Below, one piece after another: positions 41,729 through 64,000 of a stretch of DNA of 64,000 nucleotides. Position numbers and translations under genes: made by a program. Every line of letters starts with the position of its first letter. Position 1 is the first letter of the stretch. The notes under the pieces are model-generated. The model made no database searches. It saw only the letters and a list, made by a program, of their open reading frames with translations, and was not told the origin of the DNA. The DNA is from Antedon mediterranea (Eukaryota; Animalia; Echinodermata). The DNA lies in assembly GCF_964355755.1 (NCBI RefSeq), contig NC_092670.1, positions 36,320,388 through 36,384,387 on the forward strand, written 5' to 3'.

Positions 41729-42860
41729 CTTCCTTAGTGTCATTAAATTGTTTTAAATGGTGTGTGTCCTGTGAAAATACCATTGATACCAACTATACCA
41801 TCTACAGTATCTATATACACTGTGTATTTGACTATATCATCACTTTTATAGTATGTTATTTTATTTTATGATGCATGTCATACTGTACCACTACTAACTA
41901 AAAATCCCATGATCAATTGAAAAAGTTATCTTTTTGCATTTTTGTAAGTTTAGTTGCAATCTTTGTTTTGTTGGTAGTCATCGAACGCCTTCTGCCACTC
42001 AGGTAGATCATTATTCTTCCAGTTGTAATAATCATCTCTCCATGATTTCTCTTGTTCAGGCAGATCAGCTAAGAGAAATTAAAAATAAAGTGGTAATGAT
42101 TATCGTAAAGAGGTAAAGTTCACTCACTTCTTGTTCAGGCAGATCAGCTGAGAAAACAAACACACCATCCATCAAATGAAAGATAAATATTAAGAGAAGA
42201 AGTAAAGTGAGTTATAGGTTATGAATTTTTAAATACTGTAGTTATACAACTTCTGACTCAAGATTACCAGGAATTTTCACTCTTACATGATTCCTTTTGT
42301 ACAGTATTCTTCATTGTAGAATGGATTTTCTACAGCTCACTATTTCAGTCCGTTGGTCGGTCGGTTGGTCTGTTGGTCGGTCGGTTGTTCGGTAAACACT
42401 AACTTGAGCACGCAACTACAGCCATGTATATGGCCTTGTTTTTTTAAATTGATGTACTGTACAGTATTACCTTTTATACACATTAAAAATCTTTCCTACA
42501 AAGCACACAAACAAACTACAGGCATGCAGTTGTAAAAAAAAACCAGTTAAGTATAATATAACTGAAGGTAAACAACTCGACACTACCTGAATATTGTTCA
42601 AGTTTTTGTTCATATGAATTCCAGAAGGCACACTTGTCAGCACGATAAGCTCGATCAGAATGTGACATTATGTTGATATCTAGATATTGCAGTTCAGGAA
42701 TGGTGTACTTTTGCCAGTTGACCAGGTCGTTGTCAAATGATGGATCTGGTGTCTCACTTCCTCTTGAGTTTGGATCACTGAAGGTTTTTAAATATTGTTA
42801 AAATTATGTCTGTTAAACGGTCATTACCAAATTCTCAAAACATTATATGGTTTTCCTATG

Positions 42861-43049
42861 TTATTATTTATTATCCAACAGCAAGTAACTCGCCAATTAC
42901 AATAATGTATCCTGCTTATAAACTAAGTCTCATGTGAGAGTTAGGGAGTAGAGAGTCGTGAGTTACAACCCTGGCACTGGGTCTGGATTGAACCTTGGAT
43001 GGACCTTGGGATTGCAAGGCAAGTGTGTTAAACACCAAGCTTCAGCTCC
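42861..43049 (-). mobile_element. tRNA-derived SINE
   Basis: Minus-strand head GGAGCTGAAGCTTGGTGTTTAACAC...GGTTCAATCC resembles Pol III A/B boxes; ends in an (AAT)n tail; absent from the same intron of other copies. Confidence 0.6.
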
Positions 43050-43791
43050 ACTACTAAGCCTACTTAATGCTTAAAGAAATAATCAAATTCAATTTGGTCT
43101 TACCCAGTTTTTGCAAAGTTTGTCCAATACCTCATGAATTCAACTGACACATTGCGATCAGCATCGTTAGGCTGTTCAACTTGGTACACTGAAGAATTAA
43201 CAACAAATGGGGTTCCGAACACAAATTGAAGTTCTTCAACATGACCAGCTCCGATCCATTCAAATTTAAACCCATATTGATAAGAGAGAGAGGAGAATGC
43301 AGAAACTGCCGGAATATGTGTCATAAGATAAACATAGACATTGTTTCCTGCTGTAGAATGTGCTCGCTGGACTGCATCACTTGGACACAAGAATTGTGAA
43401 TCTGTACCCAATTGAACACCAGAATCAAAGTAATCTGCATCTGGATTATCTGCTGAAGACCAATCAGTGTATTCAAAATCAATTGAATCAGTAATTAATG
43501 GATTCATAACTCCTGGTACTAATATTGTAGGAATAAGTTGAAGAAACTTGGCTTTTGAAACTATGGGAGTATTTGGAGAAAAGTAAATAGGATCTGATAA
43601 AAATAAGTAGGTTCCTTCGTCCTTATTAGTTCCAATGATGATAGTTGCATTTCTTTTAAACTCTCCATTTGTTATCAACACCTCTGGACTGTCTCTGAAA
43701 TAGTCCATCCACAACTGGTATTGGAATGTTAGTAGTCTTTAAAAATAAAATATATCTTTGTTAAACTTTAGGAATTTACATAATGGTAAAG

Positions 43792-43816
43792 CAGGGAAGA
43801 GTTTAACTCTTCCCTG
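43792..43816. mobile_element. 25-bp perfect hairpin with 7-bp TSD (putative P-superfamily excision footprint)
   Basis: GGTAAAG|CAGGGAAGAGTT-T-AACTCTTCCCTG|GGTAAAG; paralogous intron of copy C (50571-50590) is empty. Confidence 0.75.
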
Positions 43817-44346
43817 GGTAAAGTGACATTATACTACTGTAAATATCAATGTGTCTAAATTTATTGATGTCATGGACAGATTTTGTACTTTATAAAGTCT
43901 CCCAAGACACAAATTGAATAATTCAATATTTTTTAAGAAACGGCATAATATAAACTGTAGTTCAAGAACCATTATGTACAGTTTAAATTGTTAATTATTC
44001 CATATGTTTTTAATAATTTTTTGAGCAGTGTATATTTTATATTGTAAAATTCATTATTCATACCCCAACAGAAGCATTAAGTATTGCACCAGCATCGATC
44101 CACTTCATACAGTTTACAAATGCCTTGCTCTCAGTATATTCACAACCAACTTTCTTTCCAATTTCAATTGTCACTTCTGCTGCCACTTCTCTTTCTATAT
44201 TAGCCCAAGGACTCAGGGTTGTTCCACTCTGTAAATATTGTATAATATTAATAATATAATAAGTAGAATCTTCCTTGTAAAACTCTTTCGACTGATTTTT
44301 AGACTATACATTTAAAAAGAGCAAATAACTGAGGGATGTTTTTTTA

Positions 44347-44610
<264 letters not shown>

Positions 44611-44951
44611 TTATTATTTTAGGTTTTTACAAGTTTCTTTTTCTGTCTGCATGATCAGGCCCGTAGCCAGGGGGGGTTTTTATGGTTCGGGCGAACCCCC
44701 CCTTTACAGCGAACCCCCCTTAACCAATTGCGAACCCCCATCCCCGACATGCCCAATACCTCACCCTCATCTCCAAAAATCCTCCAAATACGTGCCCCAC
44801 AGTACAAAAAGTTGTTTGTAAATTGAAAAATTTGTAAACTTGTTCGTGAACCTTCTTCTCTGTATGAGCGTCAACTAGTGATACGTGTCTGTAAATTTCT
44901 AAAAGCTGCAAATGAATTGCCGATTTTAACCTGAAAAATAAATGTTTGGTC

Positions 44952-45532
44952 CAGTGGTGGCGCCAGCAGGGGGGCTACGGGGGCTCTAGCCCTCTCGTCG
45001 GGGAGCCTAGCCCCGCTAGTTTTAAAAATTTTCTTAGCTCAGCCCCAACAATAAAGCTAGTCATATTTCGAAGTAAAAGAAGTGCATTTTCCGGGACCTA
45101 ACATCTCTATTTTTCAAACATTTCTTAGCTCAGTCACAACCATGATATTTTGTTTCATGTTTTGAAGTATAATAAGTCCAATTTCCGGGACCTCCCAACT
45201 CTATTTTTCTAAATTTTCTTTCAACTTTTATTTTTTAAATTGAAAAATATGGATTGAAACACGGTCATCGCGCATCGTTTTTTTGGACGCAGTATTTTAT
45301 TTAGGCCTTATGCATTATAAAAAATGGAAAAAATGGCTACCCTAAATCTGATTAAAATGACCTCAAATGACGCTAGAACGCGTTGCTTCCGGGGGCTTCG
45401 CCCCCCCTCGACCCCCACCGGGGGCCCTTGGCGGCCCCCTGGCCCCCAGCCTAGTTATGCTCGCTTCGCTCGCATAGCCCCCTCGTCGGGGAATGTAGCC
45501 CCCGCGTCGGGAAGATCCTGGTGCCACCCCTG
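44952..45532. mobile_element. Nested hAT MITE with 8-bp TSD
   Basis: TIR CAGTGGTGGCGCCAG...CTGGTGCCACCCCTG; perfect TSD GTTTGGTC at 44944-44951 and 45533-45540. Confidence 0.9.
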
Positions 45533-45769
45533 GTTTGGTCCCTGCATGTAACATGATATTGACGCGTCTCATAGCGAGCTGGCGCACGAACGATTCGTAC
45601 AAAGGACACCGCCAGACAACTGCGTACCTATTGTTTAGATCACTGGCAGTCAGGTAGCATGCATAAAGTATAGCCTTCCGACGTACATCAGTATTTATGT
45701 GCGACTATGAAGTATAATGTATCATAGAGGATAGTGAATATTAATATTTTACACTGTTGATTCGTCTAT

Positions 45770-45951
45770 TTGTTTTTTAAATATTTTTATATAGTTTATT
45801 TTATATCATTGTTGTTACTTTGGGAGTACGGAACCTGAACTCTTGTTATAGTGATTAGGTTCACTTTTAGGTTCCTGCCTACTCCCTTAGTTTCTGTGTT
45901 TTGTTTGTTTGTAACTGGTTTTTGGCAATAAATAATAATAATAATAATAAT
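45770..45951 (+). mobile_element. 3' UTR fragment of a LINE nested in the hAT element
   Basis: T-rich tract, stem-loop GGGAGTA..GGAACCT...AGGTTCC..TACTCCC, then AATAAA and an (AAT)n tail. Confidence 0.55.
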
Positions 45952-48846
45952 ATCTATGGTATCAAGTACTGTAGTTCACATTATGGCATCCGATTATTTT
46001 TTTCTAGACCACCAGCCGATACGTACTAAAATGTATCAATATCACCTATTTACATATTTATATTCCTCAACAAATTGCTGTAAATAAATATTATAGATAG
46101 AGCTAGCAAATAGCATTTGCCTTCACCCAGTGTGCTTTTTTCGGGGCTGCTCCTAGATATACGTTCGCATTGAACTTGAACGCAAAACAAAATACGGAGT
46201 AAATGATCAAACAATCGGCGGTTCCGCACAGAGCACGCGCATCTAACATACGGCAACAAATAGTTATCGTCATTTAAATTATCGACGTGTTTGAGGAGGA
46301 GGAAAAAAGTACGATCTTTTTGCTCATTGGTTATATAGCATGCTGCACGAGAGTGTCTTTTCCGGCCATCTAGGGGTGTCATTTAACAAAATTCGCTTCA
46401 CATCAGGCTGGGGGGGGGGGGGGGTTGACCCAAATATTTAGTGTCCGAACCCCCCCTTGACAGATCCTGGCTACGGCCCTGATGATTAAGTTACTGTTCA
46501 TGCTTCTAAACAGATAATTTGTCTAACATATACTGTAGCTCTTCCTCTCAAATTATTACCATTTTACTGTATCATTGGTTCACACAACATTAATATTTAC
46601 CTCCAATATGCATGTACACCCATTTTAGTGCTTCTTGTTGATCAAATAGTCCCATGTTGCCTGGATAGTCCTCATCATCTAAGTATAGTATTCATGATAT
46701 ACTGTTTAATGTGCAATAAAATTCCTTTTATTATTAATGCCAAACCACCATATCTGGAAACATGTTATTTGTCTTCATACGTTATTTGAAAGATTGCTAA
46801 ATAGATATATAATACTGTACAATACCAGTTGTAAGAAAGCCAAAAAAGTTCAGTCTGTAGTTGATAGTTACGATGATGACATCACCAGTGGCAGCTAACG
46901 AGACTCCAGAATAATCTTCTGTAGAGGCAGTGCTTGTTGTAAAGCCACCTCCATGGATAAAAACCATAACTGCAGCTTTCGGAGGCTGCAAACACGATGC
47001 ACCATATTCTGTTGCGTTCAATGTTCCATCCCAAGGTTCTTTGGGGCGTGGCTTCTCAAATCGATACTCACCAACTGGTGGTTCAGCGAATGGAATACCT
47101 TTGTAAACATCAATATTCTTATCAACTTTTAAGTATGAATCTTCTTTGAAATTGATTGTCTCACCAGTAATAACGCCTAGAGTTGTGGATACTTGTGGAG
47201 GTTGTGAGAAAACTACAGCAGTTATAGAAGAAAAGAGCAGTGATTTGAAAATTATGAACTCCATATTTTGCTTCTACACTGTGCACTGTTCTGTTAATAA
47301 CTATTAATTTTTTATTGTGCCATTGTCATTCAAAAGTAAACTAGACCAGACCATTTTATTTTTTCCTGATATGGGTCAGAGCATTCTGCCACATTTCATG
47401 GTCAGAGCATAGAGGAATTATTTAGACCTCCATGATCAGAGGATATTCTAAAAACACCATAGAAAATATTGTATGTCTAGTTTAATTTGTTTCAGGGGTG
47501 TTTATTTTTCAGGGCCTCTTCTTAACAATGGATGCATTCGACACCACAAAAGTATAGTATGCAGTTGCATTGTGAATGTGCAGTGGAGGGAACATGCACT
47601 TTTCACAAATTTCTAATGCTAGCGTGTTGTGCCACCTTTGTGTTTTAGGCAAAAGCTGCTGTTCACAATCATCAATACAAGCTTAAAAAGATAATAATAC
47701 ATTTGAAATTGAACTTGTAAATAAAAGCAGTAGAAATGTCAACATAGTTGAGTGCTGGGACAATTAAGTATCATTCATTCATTCATTCAGGCTTATCGCC
47801 TGACTTTATTTACTTTAGGCCCCTAGTTATTAACAAAATAATAATTACATTGAAAAATAAAGCAATTTATGGTCACAAGATAAATGAATTAATTAATTTC
47901 GTTCTCTAAGCAAAACATATATCTTAACTTATAAGCATGATAAATATATTTAGATAGATTATCAATAATTATTGGATCCTGTGATGATATTAAACGGCAG
48001 AATTTAAAAGCATTTGGATTTTCAAAAAATAAAGAAGGTATCAATTTTTTTCTTGATTTCCTTGTAACGAGAGCAAACCGTAACAAAATGATATTTATCT
48101 TCAACTTCATTTATATTACATATTTTACATAACCTATTGCTGCGCTCTATTCTTTTCCATCTTCCCTTTTCTACCTCTAGTTGAAGTGTGCCCAGTCTTA
48201 GTTGACTTAAAGCTCGCTTATATCTAGTATCAAGGGTCTGTAGTATTAGTATCCATCTACTCCAAAATTGTTTTTGAACATTTTATAATATCTTAATTTT
48301 GAAGAAATATTTATGCTTTCATGAAAAAAATGAAAGTATCAATAAAGCATGGAGGTAAAAATAAAACACACAAAAAGAATATTTCCCTCACATAAATATA
48401 TTTATTTATATACTCGACCTCTGACATACATTCATGTTAAATGGTGCATGGTCTACTCACATACCACCACTGGGTTCACTATTCAAATGGTTTTATTTAT
48501 TATACTTATCCATAATAGAAAAGAAAATATTGATAAAATTACAAAATTATTTATACTGTATACAAAAATTAAAATGGAATTATAAGGACCAACAAAAAGG
48601 TAATATATTAGATCATCTTTTTTTATAATGTATGTATTTTATTTTGCAATACATGTAATTGAACACTTGTACATCAATTAAACTATTTTCCAAACAAACA
48701 AAGTTCATGTGATCATTAACAAAGTTAGTTGTAAGTTGCATTTCTTTTGGAGATCAAATGCATTTTGTTTTAATGTAATATATAACAATGTTTAATAATA
48801 TAAGCTACAAAACCTGCTACCATTAAATATTGTAATGTGTACTTTT

Positions 48847-55243
<6,397 letters not shown>

Positions 55244-55499
55244 ATCGTCTACAGTGTTCACTGTTGTGTAAATAACTTTTGGTGATTTGACCTTCTTACA
55301 CTTTCTAATTGTGCCTTGTCCTTTTTTCTTATTCGTATGATTCACATCACTTGCTTACCAAACATTGTATTGTTGAATAACATGGTTCAGAGCACACATT
55401 GTGGTCAGTCAGAGGTAGTAATATAATATGATTCTCAAATATCAGGAATGGTACAGTATGACCAGGGAGTTGGTATGACATTAAATCTAGTAGGTAAAT

Positions 55500-56210
55500 T
55501 TAGGTACGTACACAGGTGCGGCATAAGACTGGCGTGGCTTAAAATTCCTAGGTTTTCACACTTATATTATTTGTTATATTAATGAATGGTGTTAAACACA
55601 GACATCCAAATATCTTGTACTTTTTATAAGTACACAGTTGTGATTGGAGTCTAATTGTTTTTTCTAGAAATATGGCCATCTTAGTTATTGCCAGCGCAAT
55701 TTACTATTTATCACCCAATATTCATGATTAAAAATGCCTAGGCCCAAGGCAGGAAATAATTTCGCCAGTGTAGCATAGCCAAAAGCTATACAAAACAACC
55801 TTCTTGCTACACATTTCTACAATTGTGTAGCAAAATATACTATAGAAAACTATGTTTCTCGACTCTCGACATCAGTTTTATTAGCAATATTGCTAAACGA
55901 AATTTTAAGATGAAATTTTTCCCTGCAAGGTACTGTATTCAACGATTTGTTTTAATACGAGCGGCATATTTCGTGCATGAAACATGCGTTGTGTTCTACA
56001 CTTGCTGTCGAAGAACAAAATCAACACGAGCAAGTACAGTAATGCAACTGTTCATTTAACTACGCTGTTATGCATATAAGTAGAATGTTAACATCATCTG
56101 TTAAAGTTAACGTTTACATGCTTGTGCGAAAGCCCCCCTCCTTAGTTCATCCGCAAAGGCGTACGCTATGCACGTCATCGCCAGCCTTATGCCTTACGTG
56201 CGAACATAAC
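55500..56210. mobile_element. Degenerate DNA transposon with imperfect TIRs
   Basis: GGCATAAGACTGGCG (55520) is inverted as CGCCAGCCTTATGCC (56179); block absent from the other intergenic spacers. Confidence 0.5.
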
Positions 56211-57060
56211 TTTAGTTAGCCTTTTTAATCAAGAACCAAACTCTGAACTAAAAACTATCTAATTGTAGAACTGATTCTTGTATTCTTTTCATCGTGTGCA
56301 GTCAGTGAACATACAGTACAGTATATCCATGCACAATACAGTACTACTATTGGTTTAGTGTGGTGTATGACACCTTTGTCTAGGCAAATGCTTCTGTTCA
56401 CGATTATAATTGTGGCATGTCAATTATAGATGGTGTCAGATTTCCTTTATGTTTTCTATTATTTTGAATTGTAAAAATAAGTTTACAGTACACAGGGCTG
56501 TATACACATTAGAAATTGTAAAAGCATAGAGATATTAAATCTATGGTAAAAGACGGTGAATTATATTAGTAACAGATATTTGAATGTGTAATATGTCAAC
56601 GTGTTGTCAGTCTGTAGTGAAAAAACAAAAATTAAGATAAAACACAAACAAATATGTCCCAAACCTTATTCTATTTATTTTCTAATCTTCTCAGCCTCCG
56701 ACATGGTTACAAAATCAACATGGCCTAAAATTATCTGTGATGTATACTAATTAAATTGGTGTTACTAAAATTTAAATGTGAGTGATAATGGAGTATCACC
56801 GCGTGGGCTATATATAAATAAAAAATCTACTGTTCTAGAAAGTCTCCTTTCATAGTATGCTATTTTATGTTTAATGGCACATGTCATACAGTACGAACTG
56901 TAACACCTAATATATACTTCAATTAAAAATCACAATAATAATTCTGTTTTTCAGTTTTGTTGAAGATGATGAATTTTAGGTAATAATATTGCTACATAAT
57001 TTTCTATGCTGCAAAATGTGCTATCAGCTACCATAAAAATTAATATAATAAATATGCACT

Positions 57061-60289
<3,229 letters not shown>

Positions 60290-60617
60290 ATTTTACTTCT
60301 ACACTGTTCACTTTTCTGCTGATAACTGTCCACGGTGTCGAGTGCACCTTCTTATACTTTATATAATTGTGCCATGTCATTTGCTGTGTACTTAAATTCT
60401 AAACCAAACAATCTCATTGTTGTTATATAAATAATGGTTCAGAGATTTCTCATAAACTTTTATGGTTTGTGGGTAATATAATATTCTCAAATCGGAATGG
60501 TATGTCATCAATCTGATATATTATGGATAAATAAGTTATTGTATAAATATTCTCCATGGATATATTAATCATGGAACTATGCACTATTAGGTTCATGCTT
60601 TAATCTTTCTTTCCTGC

Positions 60618-61100
60618 AGGCGAGACCTTGTTTGTTGAATTGTTAAAGATAGTGTTTGATATATATTGAATTTTCTGTACAGTACAAAAGTTGGTTGCAT
60701 CTCGCACCATGGATATTTATAAAATATGTCACTGCCAGCCACAGGACAATACAGGTGACTGAAAAGTTGAGATACTTTTATTTTAGGCGATATCTTTTAT
60801 TGTTGAATTGTTAAAAATAGTGTTTGATTGATATATATTCAACTTTCTGTACTGCACACAAATCTGTTGCATCTTGCATTGTGGTTTTCATAAAGTACTG
60901 TATGTCACAGGACAATACAGGTGACTGAAAAGTTGAGATACTTTTATTTCAGGCGAGACATTTTATTGTTGAATTGTTAAAAATAATATTTAAAATATTT
61001 TCAACTTTTTGTACCACTGCACAAAAGGTGGTTGCATCTCTCGCACCCTGGATATTTATTAAGTATCTGTCTCAGGACAATAAGGTGAGTTAAAAATGAA
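60618..61100. repeat. ~167-bp tandem repeat, 3 diverged copies
   Basis: AGGCGA..TTGTTGAATTGTTAAA...GTTGCATCT...CAGGACAATA(C)AGGTGA at 60618, 60785 and 60951. Confidence 0.9.
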
Positions 61101-61286
61101 CTTCAAACATGCTAAGGGCAATTGATTATGTACAGTCAGTGAACATGTCCTTTTTACAAATAGTGTGTTATATGCCACCTTTGTGTAGACAAAAGCCTCT
61201 GTTCACAATCAGTGGAACCTAGATTATCAATTATCAATGGTGTTTGATTCCCTTTATTCTTTTATAATACAAGTTTATAGTTACAT

Positions 61287-61313
61287 CAGGGAGTTGTTAT
61301 TAACAACTCCCTG
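61287..61313. mobile_element. 27-bp perfect hairpin with 7-bp TSD (putative P-superfamily excision footprint)
   Basis: GTTACAT|CAGGGAGTTGTTA-T-TAACAACTCCCTG|GTTACAT; paralogous spacer at 41451-41470 is empty. Confidence 0.75.
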
Positions 61314-62012
61314 GTTACATACATTTTTAAAATTTAAGGGTCTCCCATTTCCAAAAAAAATGTTTAGTTTGTAAAATTCACATGTGTTAAGCACAAATGA
61401 TTATGGTTTTGAACTTCCACTGAAATTCCATGCAATATTACAATTTAGAAAAATAAGTTCTAGAAAAGTAAGGCAAGATATCTCGAAAAGTAAGATTATA
61501 CCATTCTCATTGAAGGGGTTTATTTTCATCTCTTGATACACATAAAAACTGAATGTTTTTTTTTGCATATGAACTTGTTTATACTCATGTAGTTGATATA
61601 TACTTAGTATTGTATATCAATCATTATGATGTTAACTTCACTTAAAAAATGATCTAAATGTAAAAGTTTGTAAGTTGGCTTTAATTACACAAGAGAAAAG
61701 GAATATGTTTAACAGTACATACTTTATAAACTAAGCCTCAATTTGATTTGCTAGAGATATTACTGAAATTCACAGTTTTTTTAAGCAGGGTACAGTAAGT
61801 GAGCTAGTGAAAATAAAATTATATAATAACCAAAATGTCCCTTTACATACATTTTTTTTCAATTAATAACCTGGTTAGATGCATTCTACAAAATTGGTGC
61901 AGTATATTAAAAGTAAAGTAATTGTACTTTCTTGCTGTCACAGAATAATCATATTTAAATTGATTTTACATTTATCTAATTAATTTGATAAACATTAATC
62001 TTGTGTTAATTA

Positions 62013-62290
62013 TTTTTAAAAACAAATAAGCCTGCATTGTTACTGTATCCTTTATTTTGATGAACAAATTAAAGTCTTTAAATTGATTTTAAAAGAATAG
62101 AAAGTTGGTCAATTTGGGGGGAAAATGGAAATTTGTCCAAAGAGAGGATAGAACTAATTTTTTTTAAAGCAAATAAGGTTGCATTGTACTGTATATCATT
62201 TATTTTTATGAACAAATAAGTCTTTAAATTAATTTTAAAAGAATAGAAAGTTGGTGAATTTGGGGGAAAAAGTGGAAATTTGTCCAAAGA
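62013..62290. repeat. ~148-bp tandem duplication
   Basis: CAAATAAG..TGCATTGT..ATGAACAAAT..TTTTAAAAGAATAGAAAGTTGGT..GGAAATTTGTCCAAAGA twice. Confidence 0.9.
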
Positions 62291-62587
62291 TGTGATGGAA
62301 CAAAAGTTTAAAAGAATGTCCACATAAGTACAGAAACATAGGAGGATTTTTCGCACAAAAATAGGTGATGAGATGGATTAAGTTGAGAAAAGTTAAAGTT
62401 AAAAGTTGCACAGAATATAATAAAGCTTTAAATCGTGTTGCCCTTTGCTTCCTACAACCTCTTACCTTATTACCTTATGGTCTTCTACATTTTGTGGGTA
62501 TATACTGTAAACTAATGTAAAATATTACTCCCATGCTACCAGACTAACTATCAGCTACCATTAACATTAATATTGTAATTTTATTTT

Positions 62588-64000
62588 TTATTTGCAATCT
62601 TTGTTTTTTTGGTAGTCATCAAAAGCCTTCTGCCACTCAGGTAGATCATTATTCTTCCAGTTGTAATAATCATCTCTCCAAGATTTCTCTTGTTCAGGCA
62701 GATCAGCTGAGAAAATTTAAAATAAAGTGGTAATGATTATCGTAAAGAGGTAAAGTTCACTCTCACGATTAAACATTCTTTCCCTGTGCCATCTCCCAAT
62801 TTTATAAGGAGGTAAACTACTGACTCTACACTACCTGAATATTGTTCAAGTTTTGGTTGATATGAATTCCAGAAGGCACACTTGTCAGCACGATAAGCTC
62901 GATCAGAATATGATATTGTGTTGATATCTAGATATTGCAGTTCTGGAATAGTGTACTTTGGCCAGTTGACGAGGTCGTTGTCAAATGATGGATATGATGT
63001 CTCACTTCCTCTAGAGTTTGGATCACTAGAGGTTTAAACACAAAAAACATGTATTTTCTTAACCATCAATACCACCAGTTGAAACTGAAATTAAAAAGCC
63101 TAAGGGCCATATTTCTCCCATCAACATATTATACCTCAATATAATAGCCTACTTTATGTTTGGAGAATTAACAAAAAAATAAAATTTGTCTTACCCAGTT
63201 TTTGCAAAGTTTGTCCAATATCTCATGAATTCAACTGACACATTGCGGTCAGCATCACTTGGTTGCTCAACCCTGTAAACTGAGGCATTGGCAACAAATG
63301 GCAATCCAAACACAAATTGAATTTCTTCTGTATGACTAGCTCCGAGCCATTCAAATTGAAACCCATATGGATAAGAGAGAGAGGAGAATTGTGAAACTGT
63401 TGGAACATGTGTCATTAGATAAACATAGACATTGTTTCCTGCTGTAGAATGTGCTCGCTCGACTACATCACTTGGACACAAGAATTGTGAATCTGTACCA
63501 ACTTGAACAGTGGAATAGAAGTAATCTGCATCTGGGTTATCTGCTGAAGACCAATCAGTGTATTCAAAATAAATAGAATCTGCAATTACTGGATTTGTAG
63601 CTCTTGGCACTATTTGTAGTGTAAGTTGAAGAAATCCTGATTTTGTAATTGTTGGAGTATATGGAGAAAAATAAGCCGGATCTAATAAAAATAACCAGGT
63701 TCCTTCATCCTCATTGGTCCCAACAATGATATTTGCATTTCTTTTAAACTCTCCATTTGTTATCAACACCTCTGGACTGTCTTCCAGAAATAATCCATCA
63801 ACAGCTGGTATTGGCACAACAGTCATCTTTTAAAAGAAAACATTTTTATAAACTAGTATAAAATAGTTTTATATTGCTAAATCATAAAAAACAAATAGAA
63901 AGAACCAGGATATAGAGTATGATGAATTAAGTTATTAATCTCTTACCCCGACAGAAGCATTAAATATTGCACCAGCATCGATGCCCTTCATACAGCTTAC
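62588..64000 (-). CDS. Cholinesterase-like carboxylesterase, copy E (3' part; 5' exons beyond window)
   Basis: Exons 63947-64000 (partial), 63195-63826, 62835-63025, 62588-62706; NEDEG, SHTEE, KCAFWN, WAT-like tail. Confidence 0.9.

Larger units (their letters stand above)
44656..46481. mobile_element. 1.8-kb non-autonomous hAT-like element with 5-bp TSD, in intron 3 of copy B
   Basis: TIR CAGGCCCGTAGCCAGG...CCTGGCTACGGCCCTG (15/16); ATGAT on both flanks. Confidence 0.85.

Noticed and set aside
55244-55345. 34-aa N-terminal extension of copy C
   Set aside because: Paralogues start at the MES/MEF signal-peptide Met; the extension has no counterpart in them.

Overview
AT-rich animal genomic DNA with GT-AG introns and no prokaryotic features; probably an invertebrate deuterostome such as an echinoderm (inferred from protein similarity and repeat types). 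Three protein-coding loci lie on the minus strand: (1) an intronless CDK5 activator (p35/CDK5R1-like, 12729-13889); (2) an 11-exon 26S proteasome lid subunit PSMD11/Rpn6 (22737-31850), upstream of it in the same order and orientation as the human pair; (3) a tandem array of at least five 8-exon cholinesterase-like genes (37.1-64 kb). Three copies are intact, one is a pseudogene and one runs off the window end. They keep the catalytic triad and a C-terminal WAT tetramerisation peptide but lack the choline-binding Trp omega loop. The rest is rich in mobile DNA: two CR1/L2-group LINEs with open RT frames, an RTE fragment, SINEs, hAT elements with 8-bp and 5-bp TSDs, and Harbinger-, Kolobok- and Helentron-like non-autonomous elements. 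The most unusual signal is a set of 10-37 bp CA..TG inserts, mostly hairpins, flanked by 7-bp (once 8-bp) direct repeats. Several are absent from the paralogous site in sister gene copies, and they look like excision scars of P-superfamily transposons.
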